A stretch of 64,000 nt of DNA, from the NCBI GenBank assembly GCA_016842065.1, contig JAEPDS010000014.1:12132-76131 (forward strand), given 5' to 3'. The notes under the pieces were generated by a model. The model was not told the DNA's origin. It saw only the letters and a program-made list of their open reading frames with translations, and did no database searches. The stretch comes from Candidatus Thiodiazotropha sp. 'RUGA'. Its GTDB lineage: Bacteria; Pseudomonadota; Gammaproteobacteria; Chromatiales; Chromatiaceae. Below are positions 1 to 9,163 of this stretch, in pieces; the stretch's first letter is position 1; the number at the start of each line of letters is the position of its first letter. A program made the translations under genes and the position numbers.

Positions 1-1281
1 CGGGTTCTGCTGCTCGGATTGGGTAAAGCATCCGAATTGAATCGCAAACGTTATATGAAGGCCCTCACAGCCAGCATAAAAAGTCTGAATGAAGGGCATG
101 CCATCGAGGCGGTCTGGGGATTGTGCGACGTTGCGGTGAGCAATATCCCGGAGGCCGGGATCGTGCGGGAAACCATTGTCCAGTCAGAAGAGAGTCTGTA
201 TCAGTTCTCGGAGACCAAGAGCTCGGTCAAAAAGCGCCAGCGTCCACTTAAGCGGCTGGCGGTATGGCTCGCTGACAGACGTCAGCTGAAAACGGCGCAG
301 AGGGGCCTGCAACAGGGTACAGCCATTGCCAAAGGCATCAAACTGACCAAGGATCTGGGCAATCTGCCCGGCAACTACTGCACCCCCAGCTACCTGGCGG
401 ACCAGGCACGAAAACTGGGCCGATCCCATGACAAGCTGAAGGTGCAGGTGCTGGAAGAGAAGCAGATGGAGAAACTGGGCATGGGAGCCCTGCTTTCCGT
501 CTCCCGTGGCAGCCGGCAGCCTGCGAAACTGATCATCATGAACTACCAGGGGGGCAAAGTGGATGCCAAACCGGTCGTGCTGGTCGGCAAGGGATTGACC
601 TTCGATGCCGGTGGCATCTCTCTGAAGCCGGCAGCGGCGATGGATGAGATGAAGTATGACATGTGTGGTGGCGCATCCGTTTTCGGCACCATAATGGCCT
701 GCCTCGAGATGGATCTGCCGATCAACCTCATCGGCGTGGTTCCCAGTTCCGAGAATCTGCCGGATGGGGATGCCAACAAACCGGGGGATGTGGTTACCAG
801 TATGTCAGGACAGACCATCGAAGTGCTTAACACAGACGCGGAAGGACGACTGATCCTGTGCGATGCCCTGACCTACAGTGAGCGTTTCAATCCGGCTACG
901 GTCATCGATATCGCCACCCTGACAGGTGCCTGTATTGTTGCGCTGGGCAATCAGGCCTCAGGTCTGATGGCAAATAACGAGGCGCTGGCGGAGGAGCTGC
1001 TGGATGCCGGATCATCCTGTGGTGACCGGGCCTGGCAACTGCCTCTCTGGGATGAGTACCAGGAGCAGCTCGACAGCAACTTTGCCGACATGGCCAATAT
1101 CGGTGGTAAAGGTGCCGGTACCATCACCGCAGCCTGTTTTCTCTCCCGCTATACGAAGAAATTCAAATGGGCTCATCTGGATATCGCTGGTACCGCCTGG
1201 CGTTCAGGTGCGGCCAAGGGAGCCACGGGTCGACCGGTTCCTCTGCTGACCCGCTTTCTGATGGGGCGTTGCGGATTATGA
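1..1281 (+). CDS. pepA: Leucyl aminopeptidase (M17), 5' end outside the window
   Basis: M17 motifs [24 protein letters not shown] and NTDAEGRL. Frame 1 is open back to base 1 (RVLLLGLGK), so the TTG at 19 is not the real start. Confidence 0.97.
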   Translation, partial: RVLLLGLGKASELNRKRYMKALTASIKSLNEGHAIEAVWGLCDVAVSNIPEAGIVRETIVQSEESLYQFSETKSSVKKRQRPLKRLAVWLADRRQLKTAQRGLQQGTAIAKGIKLTKDLGNLPGNYCTPSYLADQARKLGRSHDKLKVQVLEEKQMEKLGMGALLSVSRGSRQPAKLIIMNYQGGKVDAKPVVLVGKGLTFDAGGISLKPAAAMDEMKYDMCGGASVFGTIMACLEMDLPINLIGVVPSSENLPDGDANKPGDVVTSMSGQTIEVLNTDAEGRLILCDALTYSERFNPATVIDIATLTGACIVALGNQASGLMANNEALAEELLDAGSSCGDRAWQLPLWDEYQEQLDSNFADMANIGGKGAGTITAACFLSRYTKKFKWAHLDIAGTAWRSGAAKGATGRPVPLLTRFLMGRCGL

Positions 1282-1324
1282 GCATGTTGTTGAGCATGGG
1301 GTTGCGCTTTACTGGATAGAATCC

Positions 1325-1753
1325 ATGACACAGATTGACTTTTATGTACTTGAGGAGGGCTCCAGGGGGAATCGTTTCACCTTGACCTGCCGGTTGTGTG
1401 AAAAGATATATCACCAGGGACGTCGTATCCTCATCCATACTGAAAGTGAAGATGAGACGAGGCACATGGAGCGTCTGCTCTGGACCTTTCGCCAGGGCAG
1501 TTTTGTACCGCATGGGATTGCCGAGCGTTGCGACCACAGTGTCACTCCGGTGATTATCAGTCACCAGCAGGAAGCTGGAGAAGAGCAGGATGTGTTGATA
1601 AATTTAGGCCGAGAGGTGCCAAACTTTTTTAGCCGCTTCCAGCGGGTTGCTGAAATTATCGACCAGGAGCCTCCGGTGGTGAGCGCTGGCCGGGAGAGAT
1701 TCAAATTCTACCGCGACCGCGGCTATCCATTGAACAAACACGATATCAGATAG
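1325..1753 (+). CDS. holC: DNA polymerase III subunit chi
   Basis: MTQIDFYVL, LLWTFRQGSFVPH and GRERFKFYRDRGY; usual position directly after pepA. Confidence 0.95.
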   Translation: MTQIDFYVLEEGSRGNRFTLTCRLCEKIYHQGRRILIHTESEDETRHMERLLWTFRQGSFVPHGIAERCDHSVTPVIISHQQEAGEEQDVLINLGREVPNFFSRFQRVAEIIDQEPPVVSAGRERFKFYRDRGYPLNKHDIR

Positions 1754-2131
1754 ATGAGTGACGAAGAGAAAAAGCCGGAAGTTGATGATGCGATTCCTCT
1801 ACTGGAGGATGTCGTCGTACCTGATGAACTGGCTTCGGAATTCCACACCTTTACCAAGCTGCCGGAAGTTTCGGAGGATAGCGGGATTCCCGAGTACGAT
1901 GAAGTTCTGCTGGCGATGCGTGACGAGATTGCCAAGCAGCTGCAGGATGATCTGAGCAAGATGCTGTCAGAGGTACTCGAACGCGCCATCGAGGAAGCCG
2001 GGGAGCAGATTACACGAGCCCTGCACGATGAACTGGATACGACACTGGAGCAGAAGATCCGCTACCGTATCGACCAGCGCCTCGATATGGAGTTCGGTCC
2101 AAGAGGACAACTCGATCCCGAGCAGGATTGA
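1754..2131 (+). CDS. Acidic hypothetical protein abutting holC
   Basis: 125 aa. ATG directly follows the holC stop (TAGATG). Acidic N-terminus with an IPLLEDVV motif and a helical-looking C-terminus. Confidence 0.75.
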   Translation: MSDEEKKPEVDDAIPLLEDVVVPDELASEFHTFTKLPEVSEDSGIPEYDEVLLAMRDEIAKQLQDDLSKMLSEVLERAIEEAGEQITRALHDELDTTLEQKIRYRIDQRLDMEFGPRGQLDPEQD

Positions 2132-2182
2132 GGGTCAGAGGTATCCATTCGGATTCACTTTAACTAGCCTTGCCTGTCGGTC

Positions 2183-2563
2183 ATGAAAATCACCCAACTC
2201 GACCATCTGGTGCTGACCGTCAGGGATATCCGAGTGAGTTGTGACTTCTATACCCGCATACTGGGTATGCAGCTGGTGGAGTTTGCCGGTGACAGAAAAG
2301 CCCTCAGGTTTGGATCACAGAAAATCAATCTGCATCAGCATCAAAAAGAGTTCGAACCCAAAGCGGCCTTACCAACGCCGGGCTCAGCCGATCTCTGTTT
2401 TCTGACCGAAGTACCCGTGAGCGAAGTGGCCGACCATCTGCAGCGGAATAAAATTGAGATCATTGAAGGGCCGCTGGAACGAACCGGCGCTGAAGGGCCA
2501 ATTCTTTCGATCTATCTTCGTGATCCTGACGGCAATCTTCTGGAGATTGCGAACCGGAAATGA
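2183..2563 (+). CDS. VOC/glyoxalase family protein
   Basis: LDHLVLTVRDI, QKINLH, PTPGSADLCF and SIYLRDPDGNLLEI are typical VOC-family motifs. Confidence 0.92.
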   Translation: MKITQLDHLVLTVRDIRVSCDFYTRILGMQLVEFAGDRKALRFGSQKINLHQHQKEFEPKAALPTPGSADLCFLTEVPVSEVADHLQRNKIEIIEGPLERTGAEGPILSIYLRDPDGNLLEIANRK

Positions 2564-2783
2564 TACTGCTGCCTGACAGTGCGTTTATATTCTCAGGGAC
2601 CGGGGATTATTCTCAATTTGCTATGAGTCTTGAGTGGTTGCTAATCAGCATGAGATCGTCACGACCGGATAACAGTGCGAACTCTGCAAATGAAGGGGAA
2701 TTCAGCTGTTAAATGGAAGAGGCGTTCTGATCACTATTCCATCAGTCTGTTGGGGCAAGCAAACTTCTGGTATTTGAATGAGA

Positions 2784-5279
2784 TCAAACAAACGAGGGTT
2801 CTGCATCTATCCAGGATTTTTTTTCTAAAAAAGCCTCCATCTCACTGACTGGGATGGGCTTGGAATAGAAGAATCCCTGGAAAACCACACAACCGTTTTC
2901 TACCAAGAACTCTATCTGCTCAATGGTCTCGACGCCCTCGGCAAGTATTTCCAGGTCAAGACTTTTTGCTAAGGCAATCACCGCTTTAGAAATCGCTTTA
3001 TCCTCTGTGTCATTTGGCAAGTCTTTGATAAATGAGCGGTCGATTTTGAGTTTGGTGATTGGAAGTCTCTTTAGATACGAGAGGGACGAGTAGCCTGTAC
3101 CGAAGTCGTCCAGTGCCAACTTGATGCCGATATTATCGATTTTACTTAGAACTTTTATGGCCTCGTCCGGATTTTCCATTACATGACCTTCGGTGATTTC
3201 CATTTCCAACCATTCGGGACTACAACCGGAATCCTCCAAACTCGCCAGGAGAAACTCCACCAGATCTTTTCTTTGGAGTTGTCGCATGCTCAGATTGAGC
3301 GACAGCGTGCCAGGCTGCAGACCTTTACGATACCATTCCGAGAATTGCGCTACGGCCTTTCTCATGACCAGGCGGTCGATTTCCACGATCAATCCAGTCG
3401 ATTCAGCAATCGGGATGAACTGAGACGGGAAAATCAGGCCCAGGGAGGGGGCTTGCCAGCGCACCAACGCCTCCATGCCTACAAGTCTGTTGCTCACGCC
3501 GTTAAACTGGGGTTGATAAAAGACCACGAATTCATCGTTCTCTATTGCCATGCGCAATCTGGTCTCCATTTGTACTCTCTCGAAGGCCTGCGCAGTCATC
3601 TCGGCACTGTAATATTGAAAATTATTCCGCCCTTCGCTTTTTGCCTTATACATGGCGGCATCGGCATTCTTCAGTAGGTCCTTGGATGTCTTTCCATTAT
3701 CGGGATAGATACTGATACCGATACTGATGGTGATGTAGAGTTCATGGTTATCTACGATTATTGGATTTGATAGCTTGTGTTGAATCTTTTCAGCTAGCCT
3801 GGAAGCGTCCTGATCTTGTTTAAGGTCTTCAATCAGAATAGTAAATTCATCTCCACCGAGCCTTGCAATAGCATCCTCAGCGCGAACTGTCTGTTTAAGG
3901 CGAAGCGTCACTGATTTCAGGACTTCATCGCCTGTCCTATGCCCTAATGAGTCATTGATTTCCTTGAAATGGTCGAGGTCGATAAACAACAGAGCAAGCT
4001 TGGAGTTGTCACGAGCCGCCTTGTCGATACCCTGCTCAAGCTGGTAGGTAAACAAGGTACGGTTAGCGAGGTCTGTCAAGGCATCATGGCTTGCCTGAAA
4101 CTGGAGTGTGTCTCTTTGATGCTGAAGTTCTTCTTGCTGGATTATGAGCTTAGTGATATCCGTGTTGAATCCGACAAAGCGTACAGCAGTTCCTGTCTCA
4201 TCAAACAGTGCTTTTCCGCGTCCTGTAATCCAACGCCAATCACCACTTTTTGTTTGCATACGAAATGTGTTTTCGTATCTTCCTTCTCCTTTCGTGTCAA
4301 GGTACTCTTTAACCCTGCGATGAGCCTGTTCGCTATCTTCAGGATGCAGTAACTCTGACCAGCACTCAATCGAATTGGGCAGTTCGCCGACCTGATAACC
4401 AAGCATGGTCTCGAAACGGGGTGAATGGTATACCTCATTGGTCTTGAGATTCCAGTCCCATAAGCCATCATTGGCACCATCTATTGCCAGTTTGAACCGC
4501 TCTTTTTCTTGTTCCAGTTCAGTTTGCTTGGTTATAAGTTCCGATCTCGAATTTCTGATCGTATCGATCATTCTATTCATTGTCTTCGACAATGTTGTGA
4601 TCTCCTGGGGGCCTGCGCAGGGTACGTTTTCATGCGGTATACCCTCTTTGTCTGCATGACTGATGACCTCTGCAATCTCAGCGATCGGCTTAAGCAAGCG
4701 GAGTCGAATGGATACAAACAGGGAAACGATCAGCAGAAGGGAAATTGAGATTGTACTGATCAGATTGCCGACTACGATTTCACGCAGTTCCGCCCTCAAT
4801 TCATGATCGGAAATGTAGATGGTTATCGCTCCCAGCTCTTCGCCTCCCGGGCTGACAATGGATTGCCGAAACGAGTAATAAGCTTGTTCAAGCTTTCTGT
4901 TCTGTTGTGTGTTGTTCGGATTGAAGTCGGTAGGCCGCCACTGGTCATCTCGTATTTTGCCGCTTACATAGGCTTTCACCCCCATGATGGTGCCCATATT
5001 GTAATCTTCAACGACTATCGCGAAGCTGTTACGCCGCTCTAGCTCATTTGTGACGAGCTTCTGGTACTCGTTTACAGCATAGGATGAGAGATAGGTGGCG
5101 ATATTTTTGTTCAGGGAGATGATACTGCGCTCAACACTCTCTCTCATTTCGTTTTCAATTCGATGCTTGGTCGAGAGATAAGAGTAAGTTGATTGCAATA
5201 CCGATATGATAGCTACGGCTGAAATAATAATGATGCCAAGCGTTACATAAATTGGATGCTTGTTGATCAGCGTTTTCAT
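2784..5279 (-). CDS. Membrane-bound HAMP-PAS-GGDEF-EAL diguanylate cyclase/phosphodiesterase
   Basis: Two TM segments around a periplasmic domain; HAMP (EITTLSKTMNRM); PAS_3 (GLWDWNL...); RAED I-site followed by RLGGDEF; MEALVRW and DDFGTGYSSLSYL. Confidence 0.95.
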   Translation of the reverse strand: MKTLINKHPIYVTLGIIIISAVAIISVLQSTYSYLSTKHRIENEMRESVERSIISLNKNIATYLSSYAVNEYQKLVTNELERRNSFAIVVEDYNMGTIMGVKAYVSGKIRDDQWRPTDFNPNNTQQNRKLEQAYYSFRQSIVSPGGEELGAITIYISDHELRAELREIVVGNLISTISISLLLIVSLFVSIRLRLLKPIAEIAEVISHADKEGIPHENVPCAGPQEITTLSKTMNRMIDTIRNSRSELITKQTELEQEKERFKLAIDGANDGLWDWNLKTNEVYHSPRFETMLGYQVGELPNSIECWSELLHPEDSEQAHRRVKEYLDTKGEGRYENTFRMQTKSGDWRWITGRGKALFDETGTAVRFVGFNTDITKLIIQQEELQHQRDTLQFQASHDALTDLANRTLFTYQLEQGIDKAARDNSKLALLFIDLDHFKEINDSLGHRTGDEVLKSVTLRLKQTVRAEDAIARLGGDEFTILIEDLKQDQDASRLAEKIQHKLSNPIIVDNHELYITISIGISIYPDNGKTSKDLLKNADAAMYKAKSEGRNNFQYYSAEMTAQAFERVQMETRLRMAIENDEFVVFYQPQFNGVSNRLVGMEALVRWQAPSLGLIFPSQFIPIAESTGLIVEIDRLVMRKAVAQFSEWYRKGLQPGTLSLNLSMRQLQRKDLVEFLLASLEDSGCSPEWLEMEITEGHVMENPDEAIKVLSKIDNIGIKLALDDFGTGYSSLSYLKRLPITKLKIDRSFIKDLPNDTEDKAISKAVIALAKSLDLEILAEGVETIEQIEFLVENGCVVFQGFFYSKPIPVSEMEAFLEKKSWIDAEPSFV

Positions 5280-5290
5280 TTAATCCATGC

Positions 5291-5388
5291 TAGGGCCTGT
5301 TAACACTAATCCAATTGTCCCTGCTGGGTCTATTTTTTTGTCCAGCAAGGCACAACAGGGCCAATTGGATTAGTGTTAACAGGCCCTA
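5291..5388. mobile_element. 98-bp TA-flanked MITE-like element (internally deleted copy)
   Basis: Perfect 26-bp inverted repeat TAGGGCCTGTTAACACTAATCCAATT (5291-5316 / 5363-5388), extending to about 33 bp with one mismatch. Interior matches both ends of the element at 7666-7952. Confidence 0.85.
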
Positions 5389-6438
5389 ATGACTTTCTAT
5401 TCCCAGTACATTCCGCCGGATAGTGGGCAGTTTTTCACTTATGTTCTCCTTTGATATTGCAAGAACAGGAAGCTGCTTCTCCTTTTCGACCGTCTCGCCA
5501 TTGAGGTGCCTGTGCATTGTAGTGACCGCTTCTTCACCCATCAGATAGGGCTGTTGCATGGCGGCACCAATGAGAATCCCTTGGGGAATCAGATCCAGGA
5601 AAATTGGTTCTGCATCAAATGTGGTCAGCAGAATTTCTTCTGTCTTTCCCGTATCGGCAATCGCATCGAGTGCACCCTTGTACCGGTCAGATCCCTGTAG
5701 CCAGATCGCTCGCAAGTCTGGGTATTTCTTGATCATCTGTTCGCTGTAATCGTAGGTCTCCCGGTAGGAGAAGGTGACCTGCTGTTTAATGTCAGCGCCT
5801 TTGATACCCGCCTCACTCAAGGCTTGCATGAATCCCGCAGTCCTGGCCCGACCGTTTTCCCTCATTTGTGGGATAGCGATTATCCCAACGCGGCCACTCT
5901 GCCATCCTGCATCGGCTAACTTCCTGGTCAATATCTGCCCTATTTGGTACGCACCATCATGATTGTTGGATGAAATATATGAGACGTATTCGCCTCCATC
6001 CGTACCGATATCTGAAATTACAACTGGAATACCTGCCGGCTTGGAAAATTTCAAAATGGTTTCGCAGGCCGATGAATTAGTGGGTGATACAATGATCCCG
6101 GACACATTATCTTTCAACACCCTGACTGCGAATTCCAGTTCCCGCTTGGCATTGTTCTCTGCACTATAAACCTCTACGTCATAGCCTAACGAAGTGGCGC
6201 GACTCTTTATTCCACGCCACATGATGTCCCAGAAGGGAATTCTGAGATCTGAAACGAGATAGACAAGTTTTTTGTTGCTCATCTGGACTGTGCTGTTTGC
6301 ATCTGCTGCTTCAATGTTGTCTATGCAGCAAAGGCAGCTCAGGAAGATCAGGCTGAGGAGAGAAAACTGTCTGGAGCGGTGTTGGTAGCGTGTCGTATGA
6401 CTGTTCATATTTATACAGTAGCACCAGTATTGACTCAT
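5386..6438 (-). CDS. Periplasmic sugar-binding-fold protein (RbsB/LacI-like), no ABC transporter nearby
   Basis: Signal-peptide-like hydrophobic stretch; PFWDIMWRGIK, VSGIIVSP, GIPVVISD and AAMQQPYLMGEEAV fit type I periplasmic binding proteins. Start codon uncertain. Confidence 0.88.
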   Translation of the reverse strand: MSQYWCYCINMNSHTTRYQHRSRQFSLLSLIFLSCLCCIDNIEAADANSTVQMSNKKLVYLVSDLRIPFWDIMWRGIKSRATSLGYDVEVYSAENNAKRELEFAVRVLKDNVSGIIVSPTNSSACETILKFSKPAGIPVVISDIGTDGGEYVSYISSNNHDGAYQIGQILTRKLADAGWQSGRVGIIAIPQMRENGRARTAGFMQALSEAGIKGADIKQQVTFSYRETYDYSEQMIKKYPDLRAIWLQGSDRYKGALDAIADTGKTEEILLTTFDAEPIFLDLIPQGILIGAAMQQPYLMGEEAVTTMHRHLNGETVEKEKQLPVLAISKENISEKLPTIRRNVLGIESH

Positions 6439-6575
6439 TGTTATCAGGTGCTGATTTGAACTTTGTCAGAACACGCACGATTCCGATCTGAATCACTCCG
6501 GACCATACGCAGCATGTGGTGTGTGGTCTAGCTCCCTAAACCTGTTGTATATAGCGGACTTACGGTACGGTAGTT

Positions 6576-6595
6576 TAGGGCGTGTTAACAGGCCC
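6576..6595. repeat. Collapsed remnant of the same MITE family
   Basis: TAGGGCGTGTTAACAGGCCC is a left terminus fused to a right terminus through the shared GTTAAC core. Confidence 0.55.
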
Positions 6596-6704
6596 CAGTA
6601 CCCATGCCGTTGCTCTCTGAGTCAGTATCAGCACTCAGAAACCGAAGGCGTCTATTTCGGCTATTAAGGTGTCGGTCTAAAAATAACCGGGTGGAAGCAG
6701 GCAA

Positions 6705-7592
6705 CTATCGCCAGCGAACCGTTAGCTGCATTCCGAGATAGTCGTTGACCAGTGGGTCGATGCGTTGCCGGTATGGGCTGTTCCACTCCCTATCGTCGTA
6801 GATACCGAAACTGGGGCTGCGGTAGAATGAGCGTAGTTCCAGTTCACTGTCGGTTTCGATCCAACCATCCACAATGGTGTTGAGGGTGCCCAGAGGGTCG
6901 GTGAGGACCAGCACGGTCTGATCCCAGAAACTGTAGCTCGACTGACTTTTGATCTCCCGGCGGGTGTCTTCGAAATACCAACCGAGCAGAGAGCCGAGAC
7001 CGGGAGTGAAGATCATGTCCTGGATCGAGACAGGTTCGAACAGGGCTTCCAGACCAAACTCATAGATCGAGGAGAGGGTGAACGAGTACCAGAATGCACC
7101 GGTCTCACTCAGACCCCGCTCTCTGCCCCGGGTGTAGTAGGTCATACCCCAGTAGGGGTGGAGGATGTAGTTGATGTACCACTCGTCGGGATCCCAGCGG
7201 GGATGGGTGACATTATCCCACCATTTGTTGACCGTGTACTCCTCTTTCTGCTCATCGGTCCAGGCGGAGATCTCTTCCGGAAGTACATACAGCAAACCGA
7301 CAATAAAGAACTGGTAGCCGAAGAAGTATCCTGCATCCTTGCGCAGCCCGGGATAGTCTGCCGGACTGGTGTCTCCAAGCTCTCTGCCGTAACCGTAGGG
7401 TCGTTCAGGGGGCGGTTCGCTGCTGTCGAGGATGACATTGCCGGTCAATGTGGAGAGGCGGGTGGATTGAAACAGCGTAGTGCGTTGCAGTTCTGTCTCA
7501 TAGAATGAAACCGGGCTCTCTGATAACCACTCTGAACTGTTCGCTGCACCCCAGGGGAGCAGGCTGATGATCAGGATAATCAGTCGACTCAT
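6705..7592 (-). CDS. DUF3943-like exported/outer-membrane protein
   Basis: Signal peptide MSRLIILIISLLPWGAANS; D.WYINYILHPYWG.TYY..GR, SSIYEFGLEALFEPVSIQDMIFTPGLG and DPLG motifs; C-terminal aromatic residue. Start moved to ATG 7592, which has an AAGG RBS. Confidence 0.8.
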   Translation of the reverse strand: MSRLIILIISLLPWGAANSSEWLSESPVSFYETELQRTTLFQSTRLSTLTGNVILDSSEPPPERPYGYGRELGDTSPADYPGLRKDAGYFFGYQFFIVGLLYVLPEEISAWTDEQKEEYTVNKWWDNVTHPRWDPDEWYINYILHPYWGMTYYTRGRERGLSETGAFWYSFTLSSIYEFGLEALFEPVSIQDMIFTPGLGSLLGWYFEDTRREIKSQSSYSFWDQTVLVLTDPLGTLNTIVDGWIETDSELELRSFYRSPSFGIYDDREWNSPYRQRIDPLVNDYLGMQLTVRWR

Positions 7593-7665
7593 GGCACCTT
7601 TCATGTCTGCTTGTCTGATTGCACTCTGCATAGATGCCAGAAATCCTTGAAACACCCGGAAAATC

Positions 7666-7952
7666 TAGGGCCTGTTAACACGAATCCAATCGGCCCTGCT
7701 GGGACTATTTTTTCGTCCAGCAAGGCAGAATGAGCGTTGTGTAGTTATTCTACATGAGCGAATGATAACGCCGCTGGGCGGAAAAATAGCCCCAGCCCCC
7801 TCTTCAACATCAATATGGGGGGTTGCGCCTGAAAAAGCGCCACTCGGCGTTGCTCGTTGTTCATTTGGAATCACCAAACCTCACTCCTCGCGCCTTGATT
7901 GGCGCTTTTTCAGGCACAACAGGGCCGATTGGATTCGTGTTGACAGGCCCTA
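7666..7952. mobile_element. 287-bp TA-flanked MITE-like element (longest copy)
   Basis: About 33-bp terminal inverted repeats with one mismatch (TAGGGCCTGTTAACACGAATCCAATCGGCCCTG ... CAGGGCCGATTGGATTCGTGTTGACAGGCCCTA); two long internal inverted repeats; no transposase. Confidence 0.88.
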
Positions 7953-8233
7953 ACAACCTGGATCCACACCAATCGCCCGGCTCGATTGTGGATGTCATTG
8001 GCCCTTTTGGCGACCACGCCCTGTGGTCCAGCCAATCAGTCTCAAAATATGACGACCCGCACCTAAGAGCTACTATTCATCGGCTGCCACTCTGAATTCT
8101 AAACCACCAGCCCTGATATCCGGATCTGAGAGGGTGATGAGTGGGGCCACAGAAAGAGGTGTCAGGATCGTCAAACCGCGCGATTATAGCGGATTGGGGG
8201 GCGGGCGCCCACTGCAATTGTGGGATTTGAGCG

Positions 8234-9163
8234 TCAGTTGGTTTTGCGCAGGTTTTCCAGATTGTTCAATACCCGCTGGGCACGTTGAATCTTCTCCCGT
8301 GCCCGCGGGTCCTGGGGGTCGAGCGCCAGTGCCGCCCGCCAGGTCGCCTTTGCGCTTTCGATTTCACCATCCCGGTAGAGCCGGTCTCCCGCACTCAGAA
8401 GGTTGTCGATATAGCGTTGCAGTTGCTGGTCGACCTTCGCTAGCATCTCTTTGGCCCGGCTGTTTTTCGGTACATCTTTGAGAATTTTCTGCAGAGCGTG
8501 TTTGGCATCCCGCAGCTGGCCACTCTCCAACAGCCGGTTGGCTTCCGCCAGACGCTTGTCCAGCTTCTCTTTCCAGCGCTTCTGGCGGGCGGATTTCTCT
8601 TTTTTCTCCAGCGCCTTCTTGCTTTCGCTCTGCTCCTTCAGCAGGTGGTCCATCAGGTTTTGATCCGATTCGTCCAGCTTCAGTGAGAGCGCAATACTGA
8701 GGCAATCCTTGGCCAGTGCATTATTCCGCTTGTAGTGTCGCCAACCGCAGTCTGACAGGGCGAGGCGCATACTCTGCAGTTGCGCCTGGGTCTGCTCCAG
8801 CAGTTGCAGGTATTGGGGGTTGTCGCTGGACTTGGTCAGCTTCACCAGGATCGGCAGCTGATTTTTCAGTGCCGAGGTGTTGCTGATCAGCAGCTGGTCG
8901 TTCAGCTCCTCCTCGACGATTTTCTGCTGTCCGCGCAGGTTTTTCAGCTCCTGAATGTAGCTCTGATTCTTTTTTGTGCCTACGCTGGCCTGATTGAGGA
9001 GCTGGATGGCCTCACTGTAGCGCCCTTTGGCGACCAGCTGCCGGCTGTATTCAAGTGAGTCATCTTTGACCGGTGCAGGGGTCTCTCTGGGCTGCAGCAG
9101 CTGGCATCCGCTCAGCAGTAACTGACAGATACAGACTGTAATTAGGGTCAGTGAAGACTTCAT
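8234..9163 (-). CDS. TPR-containing lipoprotein
   Basis: Lipobox LLLSG/C after the start at 9163; TPR-like repeats (AKATWRAALALDPQDPRA); ATGA overlap with the cyclase stop codon. Confidence 0.85.
   Translation of the reverse strand: MKSSLTLITVCICQLLLSGCQLLQPRETPAPVKDDSLEYSRQLVAKGRYSEAIQLLNQASVGTKKNQSYIQELKNLRGQQKIVEEELNDQLLISNTSALKNQLPILVKLTKSSDNPQYLQLLEQTQAQLQSMRLALSDCGWRHYKRNNALAKDCLSIALSLKLDESDQNLMDHLLKEQSESKKALEKKEKSARQKRWKEKLDKRLAEANRLLESGQLRDAKHALQKILKDVPKNSRAKEMLAKVDQQLQRYIDNLLSAGDRLYRDGEIESAKATWRAALALDPQDPRAREKIQRAQRVLNNLENLRKTN

Noticed and set aside
7665-8095. Short ORFs over the 287-bp element
   Set aside because: They are by-products of the inverted-repeat sequence, with no RBS or protein-like features.
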